Source: a virus (taxonomy: Duplodnaviria; Caudoviricetes). From it: a DNA stretch of 24,658 bases. The stretch is taken from positions 1-24,658 of the IMG/VR virus record IMGVR_UViG_3300020045_008087; one strand, written 5' to 3'. Of the stretch, positions 16,831 through 24,587 are shown one piece after another (within the stretch, counting starts at the first letter, position 1; the number at the start of each line of letters is the position of its first letter). The notes beneath the pieces are model-generated. The model had not been told where the DNA came from. It did not search any database and saw only the letters and a program-made list of their open reading frames with translations. A program made the position numbers and the translations under genes.

Positions 16831-19475
16831 TGGATCAAGATATACAAGCAAAGGTACAGGCAGCTATTAAGGCAGGAGCCCCACGAGATGAGGCAATTCA
16901 ACGTGGTATGGCGCTACAGGCTCAACGAGCCCCTCAAAAAGGGATGGATATACAAAATCCTGGTTTTAGTGGCTCTCAACCACAGCCTGAGCCTAAAGGA
17001 GGAATTTTACAGTCAATAGGAAAAGGGGTAGTGGGTATGGGTAAGAGCTTGCTGAGCCCTTTTAAAGGATTAGCTGCTGATGCTTATGATCTCGGGAAGT
17101 TTACCTTTGGTGGTGGAGAGAAGGCTTTTGGACCACAATACCAGAACCCATTTAGAAAAGAAGAAGATCTAGTTAAAACAAGAAATCAGGATGATCTCGG
17201 GGGTTTTGCCTTAGATCAAGCCAAAAAAACAGCCGGGATCATGTCTTTTGCTGTACCCTTTGGAAAGGCAGGAGGTTTAGCCAAAGTTCCTTTCAGTAAG
17301 GCTGCGGTAAATATACCTGGATTCGTAGGATCTAAGTTTGTGGCTCCAGGTGCAGCAGCAGGGGCTATGCACGAGGCTTCTCAGGATGATGCTACGCTTG
17401 AGAGTACACTAGGAGCTGGGCTAGTTGGTGCGGGTACAGGTGCAGTCATGCAGGGTGCAGGAAAGATAATCAAGGGAGTTAAAACAGGGAGCAAGACAGC
17501 AAAGGAGGCTGCATCCACAATAGAACAGGGTACAAGACAGATAAAACAGAAAGCCTCTATCTATGGTGCAGGGAATGAGAAGGCTATCAATAAAACCCTA
17601 GATAAATATAAGCATAATTTTAAGGGTGATGCCCAGAAACAGTATGAAGGATTGGAGCCTACAATGAATGAAATTGAAGGAAAAATACAGCAAGTTATCA
17701 AAGATAACCCCAGTATCGTAGCACCTGTCAAAGATATCAAACTATCATTCCTCAATAAGTTAAAAAGCGCCCTGCGTTCAAAGGATATGACTCAGAAACA
17801 GGCTTTAGATGAGGTTAACGGATACCTGAAAGATCTGATCAAGGCTAGTGGGGGCAGGGGCAAGTTTACAGAGATTAATCTGGAGAGGTTAAGACACCTT
17901 AAAAAGTTGGTCAACGAGGATTATGGGGCAGTACATGAGATTATTGAGCGTGGAGGATCACTAACTCCAAGACAAAAGGTTATTGAGGTTGCTTGGCAAA
18001 GCCTTGACGATGCAGTTAAAAGTGCATCACCAGAAATTAAAGAACTACTTTTAGACGAAAGTAATCTATATAAGGCTGCTCAGTCCTTATCAACTGCAAG
18101 ATCTAACCCACCCACCTTCCGTTTGGCAGGTACATCTGTGCCGGCATGGGCAACTCAAAAAATGCGAGATGCAGCATCTACTGCTTTGCGAACTGTGGGT
18201 GATATGGGAGAAAAAGTTACAGGCGTTGTGCCTAATTTGCCATCGAGTGTAGTGGGACAGACAGGAGTTAGATTAGTTACCGAAGGCTTGAGCAATAAAC
18301 AGGAACAAGGTCAGAATGCCTATGATGATGCCGAGGGTGATCAGGGTATCCAAGATACCTCTAATTTTACTACAGATAATGCCCAAAGTAAAATGGACTC
18401 CGCCCCAACTATTACAGGTAGGACAGTTGAACAGCATATGCGTGCTTTATCCAAGGCAAGTGCAGCAGGTGATAAAGGAGCTGTGGCAGCAATTAAGGCT
18501 CAGTTAACCATTGAGCAAGCCTACCAAAAGACAAGGGGTACAGACAGTGTTAAGCCCCTATCTGGACCCAACTCTGTTTTATTTAATAAAGCCCAGACAG
18601 CTGTCAAAGCTGTAGATCGAATATCACAGGTGTTAAAGGGTAATCCTACAATAAATATTGAGAAGGCTTTAAACCCAACGAGCCAGGAGGGTAGGTTATA
18701 TGGAGCTGATGTAGCATCTACAATAGATATTTTAGGTTATTTCAGAACGGGGGCTGCTATTACTGCTGATCAGAGGCAGGATTATATATATATGTTACCC
18801 GGTCCATTAGATGACGCAAAAACTGCAAGAACGAAAATGGAACGACTAAAGGAAGAGCTACAGGGATATGCTGACGGATTAAATGCTTCAAGGGGAGCTA
18901 CCCCTGATCCTTTGGAACAGACGATGGGGGGTTTCTCGGGACAACAGTCTTTTAATAGCCCCAGCTCTGGGGCAAACACCAAGATAATCGCAGCGGTACC
19001 ACAAAACGCCAAGCAGTCTGCACAGAAGAATCTACCCCTGATAGAGGCTGCCTTAAAAGAAGAGGGTATCAATGATCCTCAAACCCTTGCCTATGCCCTA
19101 GCTACCATTGAGCATGAAACAGCAGGAACCTTTGAGCCTATTGAGGAGTATGGTGGGAGATCTCAAGCCAGGAGGTTGGGTTATGGTGGAGGAGAGAATT
19201 ACTTTGGTAGAGGTTTTATTCAGTTAACCCATGCCGAGAACTATCAAAAAATTGGTCAGAGGATTGGGGTAGGTGATGCTTTGGTTAAAAACCCACAGTT
19301 AGCCCTAAGACCAGATATTAGTGCCAAGATATTAGCTGCTTTCTTTAAAGACCGGGGAGTTGCAGCAGCTACATCAAAGGGTGATTTCATAGCTGCCAGG
19401 AGACCGGTGAATGGTACAGATCAGGCTAGAGAGATAGCATCTATAGCTAATAGATATCTCCGGGCGCTGTCCTAA
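16830..19475 (+). CDS. Large DNA-ejection protein with C-terminal GH19 (lysozyme-like) domain
   Basis: A/G/K-rich helical body; C-terminal LAYALATIEHET, YFGRGFIQLTHAENY, LVKNPQLAL, ARRPVNG match GH19 signatures. Confidence 0.8.
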   Translation: MDQDIQAKVQAAIKAGAPRDEAIQRGMALQAQRAPQKGMDIQNPGFSGSQPQPEPKGGILQSIGKGVVGMGKSLLSPFKGLAADAYDLGKFTFGGGEKAFGPQYQNPFRKEEDLVKTRNQDDLGGFALDQAKKTAGIMSFAVPFGKAGGLAKVPFSKAAVNIPGFVGSKFVAPGAAAGAMHEASQDDATLESTLGAGLVGAGTGAVMQGAGKIIKGVKTGSKTAKEAASTIEQGTRQIKQKASIYGAGNEKAINKTLDKYKHNFKGDAQKQYEGLEPTMNEIEGKIQQVIKDNPSIVAPVKDIKLSFLNKLKSALRSKDMTQKQALDEVNGYLKDLIKASGGRGKFTEINLERLRHLKKLVNEDYGAVHEIIERGGSLTPRQKVIEVAWQSLDDAVKSASPEIKELLLDESNLYKAAQSLSTARSNPPTFRLAGTSVPAWATQKMRDAASTALRTVGDMGEKVTGVVPNLPSSVVGQTGVRLVTEGLSNKQEQGQNAYDDAEGDQGIQDTSNFTTDNAQSKMDSAPTITGRTVEQHMRALSKASAAGDKGAVAAIKAQLTIEQAYQKTRGTDSVKPLSGPNSVLFNKAQTAVKAVDRISQVLKGNPTINIEKALNPTSQEGRLYGADVASTIDILGYFRTGAAITADQRQDYIYMLPGPLDDAKTARTKMERLKEELQGYADGLNASRGATPDPLEQTMGGFSGQQSFNSPSSGANTKIIAAVPQNAKQSAQKNLPLIEAALKEEGINDPQTLAYALATIEHETAGTFEPIEEYGGRSQARRLGYGGGENYFGRGFIQLTHAENYQKIGQRIGVGDALVKNPQLALRPDISAKILAAFFKDRGVAAATSKGDFIAARRPVNGTDQAREIASIANRYLRALS

Positions 19476-19484
19476 TTTCTATTA

Positions 19485-19522
19485 CTATATCAAATTGCAT
19501 GAAACTGCTATAATAAACTTAC
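19485..19522 (+). promoter_or_regulatory. Extended -10 promoter, probably leaderless, with CTATATCAAA box
   Basis: TG-C-TATAAT 19506-19514, ATG 8 nt later. Confidence 0.6.
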
Positions 19523-19828
19523 ATGGATTCCACCGCACAGCCCTCATTAGAACAGAAACGAGCCATAGTTGAACAGGAGATGGCTAGACGCTCTTCTGGA
19601 CAGCTCCCATCATCTGCCGGGATAGGCGCTGAGGTTGCCAATAATCCCTCCTCAGGTATGCCGGTTGATCAGATGACCAATCCCCCCGCTATGACCGGTG
19701 GAGCCTCCGGTGGACCATCTGATATGGCTGCAGGAGCCTTGAAGCAACAAAAGGGTGAGGCTACCAAGCTAGCCGAGACATTGGTTTGGAGAATGAAGAA
19801 GCTCACCGAAGGAAGTGCTGCCCAATGA
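19523..19828 (+). CDS. Hypothetical protein
   Basis: 101 aa; ATGA overlap with groES. Confidence 0.65.
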   Translation: MDSTAQPSLEQKRAIVEQEMARRSSGQLPSSAGIGAEVANNPSSGMPVDQMTNPPAMTGGASGGPSDMAAGALKQQKGEATKLAETLVWRMKKLTEGSAAQ

Positions 19829-20121
19829 AGATCCAATCCAAGATAATACCATCTAAGAATGTTGTAGTATGTACCCCACCCCAAGATCAAAAAACAAAGT
19901 CTGGGTTAATTCTCCAAGATACTGAAAATAAGCCTGAAATGGGTGTGGTCTATGCTTTCGGTCTTGGCAAGAAGCCTTGTGATTTCAAGGTGGGTGATTC
20001 TATAGTTTTCCGCAGATATACCGATAATAGGGTTTTTGTAGAGGGACAGGAGTTTAATTTTGTTAGATTTAACGCTGAAGATCCAACCGCAAATGATGTC
20101 CTGGGGATTGTGAGGAAGTAA
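19825..20121 (+). CDS. groES: Phage co-chaperonin GroES (Cpn10)
   Basis: IIPSKNVVV, KTKSGLIL mobile loop, GVVYAFGLG, FKVGDSIVF, DVLGIV; start placed at the ATGA overlap (98 aa). Confidence 0.9.
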   Translation: MKIQSKIIPSKNVVVCTPPQDQKTKSGLILQDTENKPEMGVVYAFGLGKKPCDFKVGDSIVFRRYTDNRVFVEGQEFNFVRFNAEDPTANDVLGIVRK

Positions 20122-20136
20122 TGACATCAATTCATT

Positions 20137-20502
20137 ATGAATACTTTAGAATTTATTAATCAATATATCGTTTTAGTTGGAATAGTAGTCGGGGGATTGA
20201 TTTACCTCATTCGTAGCTGGAAACAAACAGGAGGAACTGTAGCTACCTCCACCATTCAGCTACTCCAAGCTGAGGTTGGTGCTTTAAAAGAGCGATTGAC
20301 TACTACCACTACGCAGCTTACTCAGCTAAATGGTCAAATTATTGACCTAACCACCAAGGTGACTAAACTGCGTGATGAAAACGTCTACCTTACCGATTTG
20401 ATTAATGCCGCCCTTAAAGACTATTTTAGAGAGAGTGATTTAGATCGGGAACACGTGAGAAAAAGGTTAAAGAAGAGCGATTCAGACCAAAAAGAGGTAT
20501 AA
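20137..20502 (+). CDS. Membrane-anchored coiled-coil protein, lysis-cassette associated (holin-like)
   Basis: One N-terminal TM (YIVLVGIVVGGLIYLI) then coiled coil; directly upstream of the endolysin. Confidence 0.55.
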   Translation: MNTLEFINQYIVLVGIVVGGLIYLIRSWKQTGGTVATSTIQLLQAEVGALKERLTTTTTQLTQLNGQIIDLTTKVTKLRDENVYLTDLINAALKDYFRESDLDREHVRKRLKKSDSDQKEV

Positions 20503-20510
20503 TTAAAGTA

Positions 20511-21281
20511 ATGCCAGTTAATATACAAATTCCAGAGCTTGGAGATAAGTTTAAAGACTATCGAGATGACATTCCGGGGGACAGTTATTCGTGGGGTCCA
20601 GTAATTAAAGCTAACGAGATTCAATACTTCACCTTTCACCACACAGTTACTAAGCAAACCGCCAAACTGGATGGTAACTGGAAAGCTGAGTGTGACAAAA
20701 TTGCAAACCTACATATCTCTCCTCCTAATGCTTGGGGTGGTGTTGGTTATCGTTTTATTATCTGTTCGGATGGAACAGTGGCTTATGTGGGTGATCTGTC
20801 CCATGGAGGAAGTGCTGTTGCCAACAAAAACGACATCATGTTTTCCGCAGCCTTTGTAGGAGACTTTACCAAGGAGCTACCTACCGCTGCCCAGGTTCAT
20901 TCTGCTCATCTTCTAGCCAAATTCTTCCTAACACAGGCGCCTCAGTATCCTAAACTAGACAGTTGGGATGATATTAAGGGGCACAGAGAGTTTAATCCCA
21001 CTGCTTGTCCTGGCTCTGCCTGGAAAACAGAAGGTGATAATCTATATACTAGGATTAGAGATGATAAGTGGCAGGGATACCCAGATCCACAGCCAACGAC
21101 TACTCCAGCCCCACCAAGCGACCCTATACCACCAGTTGATCCATGTGAACAACTTAAAAAAGATCTTGCTGATGCTAACCAGAAGATTGATGATTTAACA
21201 GTCGAGAAGAAGATAATTCAGGGTGAACTGAATGAATATATAGCTCACTTAGCAGCAATAAAAACAGTAGTTAATAAATAG
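20511..21281 (+). CDS. Endolysin, N-acetylmuramoyl-L-alanine amidase (Amidase_2/PGRP-like)
   Basis: FHHT, GVGYRFII..DGTV, KGHRE, TACPG zinc-amidase motifs; Pro/Thr linker and coiled-coil tail. Confidence 0.9.
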   Translation: MPVNIQIPELGDKFKDYRDDIPGDSYSWGPVIKANEIQYFTFHHTVTKQTAKLDGNWKAECDKIANLHISPPNAWGGVGYRFIICSDGTVAYVGDLSHGGSAVANKNDIMFSAAFVGDFTKELPTAAQVHSAHLLAKFFLTQAPQYPKLDSWDDIKGHREFNPTACPGSAWKTEGDNLYTRIRDDKWQGYPDPQPTTTPAPPSDPIPPVDPCEQLKKDLADANQKIDDLTVEKKIIQGELNEYIAHLAAIKTVVNK

Positions 21282-21340
21282 GTAGCTGGATATGGGGGCT
21301 CACCAGTAGGGCAGGCTGGAGTCCCCATATCTGTCTATCT
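21280..21340 (+). other. Long intergenic stem-loop after the endolysin
   Basis: GGATATGGGGGCTC (21288-21301) pairs with GAGTCCCCATATCT (21319-21332); outer AGGTAG/CTATCT; no U-tract. Confidence 0.75.
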
Positions 21341-21352
21341 TAGACGGAGACG

Positions 21353-21697
21353 ATGGCGAAGAGAAAAACGACTATACCTGTGATTGAAAATGTCCAGGTT
21401 GAACAATTGATTAAGAATACTGAATCTGTAGTACACCAGACCTTTGAGGATCTGAGTGGAAGAGGGGGTATTGGTGAGAGTGTTGATGATATTGAAGCTA
21501 ATACTGATTCAATTCTAGAAGAGGTTAGGAAATTGAGAAGAGATCAGAATAGATTTAAGGAAGAGGTTAAACAAATGATAAAAGAAGAAGTTGAGAAACA
21601 GATTAGACCATTGAAAGAACAATTAGAAAGATTAACGAAAGATAAGCCGAAGTTTCTCTTTATTAAGCCTCATTGGAGGTTTTGGGAAACTAAATAG
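21353..21697 (+). CDS. Coiled-coil hypothetical protein
   Basis: 114 aa, GGAG RBS, aromatic/basic C-terminus. Confidence 0.65.
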   Translation: MAKRKTTIPVIENVQVEQLIKNTESVVHQTFEDLSGRGGIGESVDDIEANTDSILEEVRKLRRDQNRFKEEVKQMIKEEVEKQIRPLKEQLERLTKDKPKFLFIKPHWRFWETK

Positions 21698-21717
21698 AGG
21701 GTGGTGAGTAATTAATT

Positions 21718-21981
21718 ATGGATTTATACACAGAGAAAAAGGTTTCACCAAAGGGTAAAGTTAATAAGACTGATCTGAAGAAGATCCTACGATATACAGT
21801 AATCTTTTTTGCTGCACCTACTTTAATCTATTTAGCACAACTACAAGGCACTTTAAGTCATAATGGTGATTTAAGTTTGGTAGATTTTGCTTTTAGCAAG
21901 GAAACTCGTGGTGCTATCTATGGATGGGGGTTAGGTATTGCTATTAATTTCTTTTTAAGGCTTAACAACAATAAACAATAG
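21718..21981 (+). CDS. Putative holin
   Basis: 87 aa, two hydrophobic segments, basic N-terminus, near the endolysin; GGTGGTGA RBS-like site upstream. Confidence 0.6.
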   Translation: MDLYTEKKVSPKGKVNKTDLKKILRYTVIFFAAPTLIYLAQLQGTLSHNGDLSLVDFAFSKETRGAIYGWGLGIAINFFLRLNNNKQ

Positions 21982-22011
21982 CAGTATAATAGATAGGTAA
22001 GAAAATTACCC

Positions 22012-22315
22012 ATGAGAGAGAAAGAGAAGGAATTATCAGAACAGGCACAAAATCAACCAAGGATAGAGACCCTTGGAAGACTAGTGCCTGTTTTGGGTGA
22101 TCCAGAGGCAGAAAAAAGAAGAATTAGCAGAGAAAGAATAGCTGCTGGTGTAGGGGTTAACTATCCAATGCTGTGGAGAAGATCTCAACAAAGGAGCTGG
22201 AATAAAGGCTAGTCGGTTGGTTATCGGCACAGTGTTAGGACTATCCATTGCTGGTAATATCGCCCCAATTAAATCACTCCGAGATTCGTTAAAACAAGAA
22301 GGGGAGAGAATCTAA
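22012..22315 (+). pseudogene. Hypothetical gene apparently split by a +1 frameshift near GGGG 22153-22156
   Basis: Frame 0 stops at 22212; the +1 frame is open for 53 codons (22154-22312) and its TAA overlaps the next ATG. Confidence 0.5.
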
Positions 22316-23148
22316 TGAGCCAGAAGGATGTTGAGGCTGGGAGAGAAGAGTTGGGAAGATTAAAAGCCCGAATTGCTCGTTATGAGAAACAGATGGGCAA
22401 GATGGACTCCCCATATCCCTCTCTTAAAAGGCACGACCACACTTCATTTTATGATGGACAGCATCTAAAAATAGCACTACTTTCTGATACCCACATTGGT
22501 TCAATTCACGAAAGACTACACGCACTAGATCAAGCATATAAAATAATGGAGCAAGAAGGTGTACAACACGCCTATCATTCAGGGGATCTGGTAGCTGGAG
22601 AACACGTTTATAAAGGACAGGCGTATGAATTAAAATCTCATGGAGTTAATGAACAGGTTAATAGGTTTGTTAAACAGTATCCAAGATCTTCATCAGTTAA
22701 GACCCATTTTATTACTGGAAACCACGACTTGGCTTTTTTGAAGACTGCTGGTTGTGATATTGGTGAGATGATAGCCCAGAAACGTCCTGATATGACTTAT
22801 GTTGGTCAGATGGAGGGAGACGTATTAATTGCACCCAGAGTATCTTTGAAATTAAAACATGGCATGGGTGGGGGAGGCAGCTACGCCAAATCATATAAAA
22901 TGCAACGCTTTATTGACTCCCTAGAGCCAAATAATCGCCCCGCAATACTAGCCAATGGACACTACCACCATGATTTCTATATGACCCATTCAGACGTCCA
23001 TGCTTTTAATGTAGGTTGTTTTGAGGGAGCATCACTATTCTTAAAAACCCTAGGGCTTCAACCAAGTATTTCTTTTTGGATGTTAGATATGCACATTAGG
23101 GCTGGAAGGGTTAATCGTATGCGTCCTGAGTTATTTAAATTCACATGA
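22315..23148 (+). CDS. Calcineurin-like metallophosphoesterase
   Basis: SDTH, HSGDLVAG, GNHD, KHG, GHYH motifs in canonical order. Confidence 0.9.
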   Translation: MSQKDVEAGREELGRLKARIARYEKQMGKMDSPYPSLKRHDHTSFYDGQHLKIALLSDTHIGSIHERLHALDQAYKIMEQEGVQHAYHSGDLVAGEHVYKGQAYELKSHGVNEQVNRFVKQYPRSSSVKTHFITGNHDLAFLKTAGCDIGEMIAQKRPDMTYVGQMEGDVLIAPRVSLKLKHGMGGGGSYAKSYKMQRFIDSLEPNNRPAILANGHYHHDFYMTHSDVHAFNVGCFEGASLFLKTLGLQPSISFWMLDMHIRAGRVNRMRPELFKFT

Positions 23149-23591
23149 GCCTAGAGAGAGGAGAGAATGTTGTATTTGATGTTCCCCCGCCAGACCCACC
23201 AAGGGTAGTGAGATCTACCGATGAACATTCGGTTGAATATCATGCGTATTTAACTACAAGATTATTCAGAGCTGTGGGAGTGGCTGAGATGTGTGACCAA
23301 ATGTTCTATAGATATTTGGGAGGAAAGCCTGGGCTAGTCGAGGTGGTAGTCAATGATCCATCCACCAAAGTTAAAAGTAAAATTAACCTAATGTTGACCA
23401 GAGATTATGTTTATAGCTTGAAGAAACTAGCTTTTAACACATTCCTTGCTCTTTGGGATATTAAACCAGAAGGGGTAAACATCGCTCAACAGGTGATGGA
23501 TAACATGAAAGATACAGATCGTAGCGAGGTACAATTAGTAGATAAAATTGATGATCCACCAAAAGATGTACCATCTACAGGAATGCACTAA
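23145..23591 (+). CDS. Hypothetical protein
   Basis: 148 aa; ATGA overlap with the upstream gene. Confidence 0.65.
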   Translation: MSLERGENVVFDVPPPDPPRVVRSTDEHSVEYHAYLTTRLFRAVGVAEMCDQMFYRYLGGKPGLVEVVVNDPSTKVKSKINLMLTRDYVYSLKKLAFNTFLALWDIKPEGVNIAQQVMDNMKDTDRSEVQLVDKIDDPPKDVPSTGMH

Positions 23592-23633
23592 TCTAGTATA
23601 ATATACCCCTAGAAAGCGGGGTGAAGAAATTAC

Positions 23634-23762
23634 ATGGATGAAACACAAGAGGAAGTTGTTGTGGAAGAGGAGGTTTTAGAGGAAACCCCAGTTGAGGCAG
23701 TTGAAGCTGAAACAGAGGAGACTGAGGAAGAAAAACCCCTTGAGGAAGTACCACAAGAGTAG
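23634..23762 (+). CDS. Very acidic 42-aa protein (not in ORF track)
   Basis: MDETQEEVVVEEEVLEETPVEAVEAETEETEEEKPLEEVPQE; TATAAT 23597-23602 and GGGGTGA RBS upstream. Confidence 0.7.
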   Translation: MDETQEEVVVEEEVLEETPVEAVEAETEETEEEKPLEEVPQE

Positions 23763-23774
23763 TACAATTTAGTT

Positions 23775-23905
23775 AGATTGAGCTTACTGTAATGTTCGTG
23801 TGTTGCGTATAACCACATGAGCAAAACCAGTGACCTGTATAGGGCTTAATCTCTAACTACTGGTTTGGGTGCTTGTAACACTGTACCCAAGCTGGTAGTT
23901 TTTTT
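23775..23905 (+). ncRNA. Putative structured small RNA of unknown family
   Basis: TACAAT 23763-23768; stem 23775-23785/23842-23852; hairpin 23793-23802/23814-23823; pseudoknot 23824-23832/23858-23866; terminator at the 3' end. G-U pairs favour the + strand. Confidence 0.6.
23855..23905 (+). terminator. Intrinsic terminator
   Basis: 18-bp stem 23855-23872/23883-23900 with G-U pairs, T-run 23899-23905. Confidence 0.8.
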
Positions 23906-23906
23906 G

Positions 23907-23935
23907 TTGACAAATATTGACCTTGGGGGTATAAT
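23907..23935 (+). promoter_or_regulatory. Perfect consensus sigma70 promoter
   Basis: TTGACA 23907-23912, 17-nt spacer, TATAAT 23930-23935. Confidence 0.9.
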
Positions 23936-23940
23936 TTAAT

Positions 23941-24036
23941 AGCCAGTAACAGTTTTCGCCACACGAAGTCCCTTTGATTTCGGGTATGGTTTCAAGGCGA
24001 AAACTGTACCGTACTCGGAATTAAGGGGATTTTTTT
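23941..24036 (+). promoter_or_regulatory. Structured 5' leader with competing antiterminator and terminator helices
   Basis: 12-bp perfect helix 23949-23960/23996-24007 versus roughly 26-bp helix 23965-23990/24008-24033 with T7 24030-24036. Confidence 0.75.
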
Positions 24037-24297
24037 GTGAACAAAATAGGACAAATACTTCAGATACCAACCACACCACAGACTAAAATAACCTTGATGT
24101 GGCAGGATAGGGCATATCAGATATTCAAAGCCCTTAACCTACCTAGAACAGATCTACCCAACCTCTTTAGATTCTTCAAATTTAACTATGATAAACACCC
24201 TGGACTCATTGAAGCAGCGTATTCTTTTGTCAGTGACTATGAGGGTGATACTCCCAAACTTAAACTATTCTACTGGAAGTTTAATCAGTTGAAATAA
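24037..24297 (+). CDS. Small helical hypothetical protein
   Basis: 86 aa, GTG start 7 nt after AAGGGGA; TAATG coupling to the next gene. Confidence 0.65.
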   Translation: MNKIGQILQIPTTPQTKITLMWQDRAYQIFKALNLPRTDLPNLFRFFKFNYDKHPGLIEAAYSFVSDYEGDTPKLKLFYWKFNQLK

Positions 24298-24587
24298 TGA
24301 ACTATAGACAAACACAAGCTTTAATGACTGGACGAGCAAGTAAATTGAGGAAGAGCCCAACTGTTGCTGAGTCAACCCTGTTCAAGTTGTTAAAAGATGC
24401 AAAGATAAACTTTAAGTTCCAATCCCCACGTTGGCATGACGGACAACTACGTATTTTTGATTTTTGGCTACCACAGCCTCATCGTATAAATATTGAAGTA
24501 GATGGGGAATATCACAATGCTGAGAGAGACGCTTTTAAAGATAAACTTATGAAACGGGCAAGACCCCCTAGGAAAGCACCGTTTTAG
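24297..24587 (+). CDS. DUF559/Vsr-like PD-(D/E)xK endonuclease, possibly C-terminally truncated
   Basis: RASKLRKSPTVAE, FKFQ, IFDFW, IEVDGEYH, RD..KD motifs; the usual terminal (V/I)LRF strand is absent. Confidence 0.75.
   Translation: MNYRQTQALMTGRASKLRKSPTVAESTLFKLLKDAKINFKFQSPRWHDGQLRIFDFWLPQPHRINIEVDGEYHNAERDAFKDKLMKRARPPRKAPF

Noticed and set aside
19786-19824. 13-aa N-terminal extension of GroES
   Set aside because: Overlaps the upstream gene; ATGA coupling at 19825 matches normal GroES length.
925-22894. Minus-strand and alternate-frame ORFs in the track (e.g. 6084-6632, 12884-13264, 14828-15316)
   Set aside because: All shadow longer coherent plus-strand genes; Pro-rich ones are antisense of Gly codons.
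23630-23824. 64-aa minus-strand Ser-rich ORF
   Set aside because: Antisense of the Glu-rich plus-strand ORF, which has the promoter and RBS.
23776-23866. HDV-like/theta ribozyme reading of the sRNA (7-bp P1, P2 pseudoknot, CUAA before P2')
   Set aside because: Topology is partly similar but the conserved L3 (UCC..G) and P1.1 G are missing; not called, though a cleavage test is cheap.
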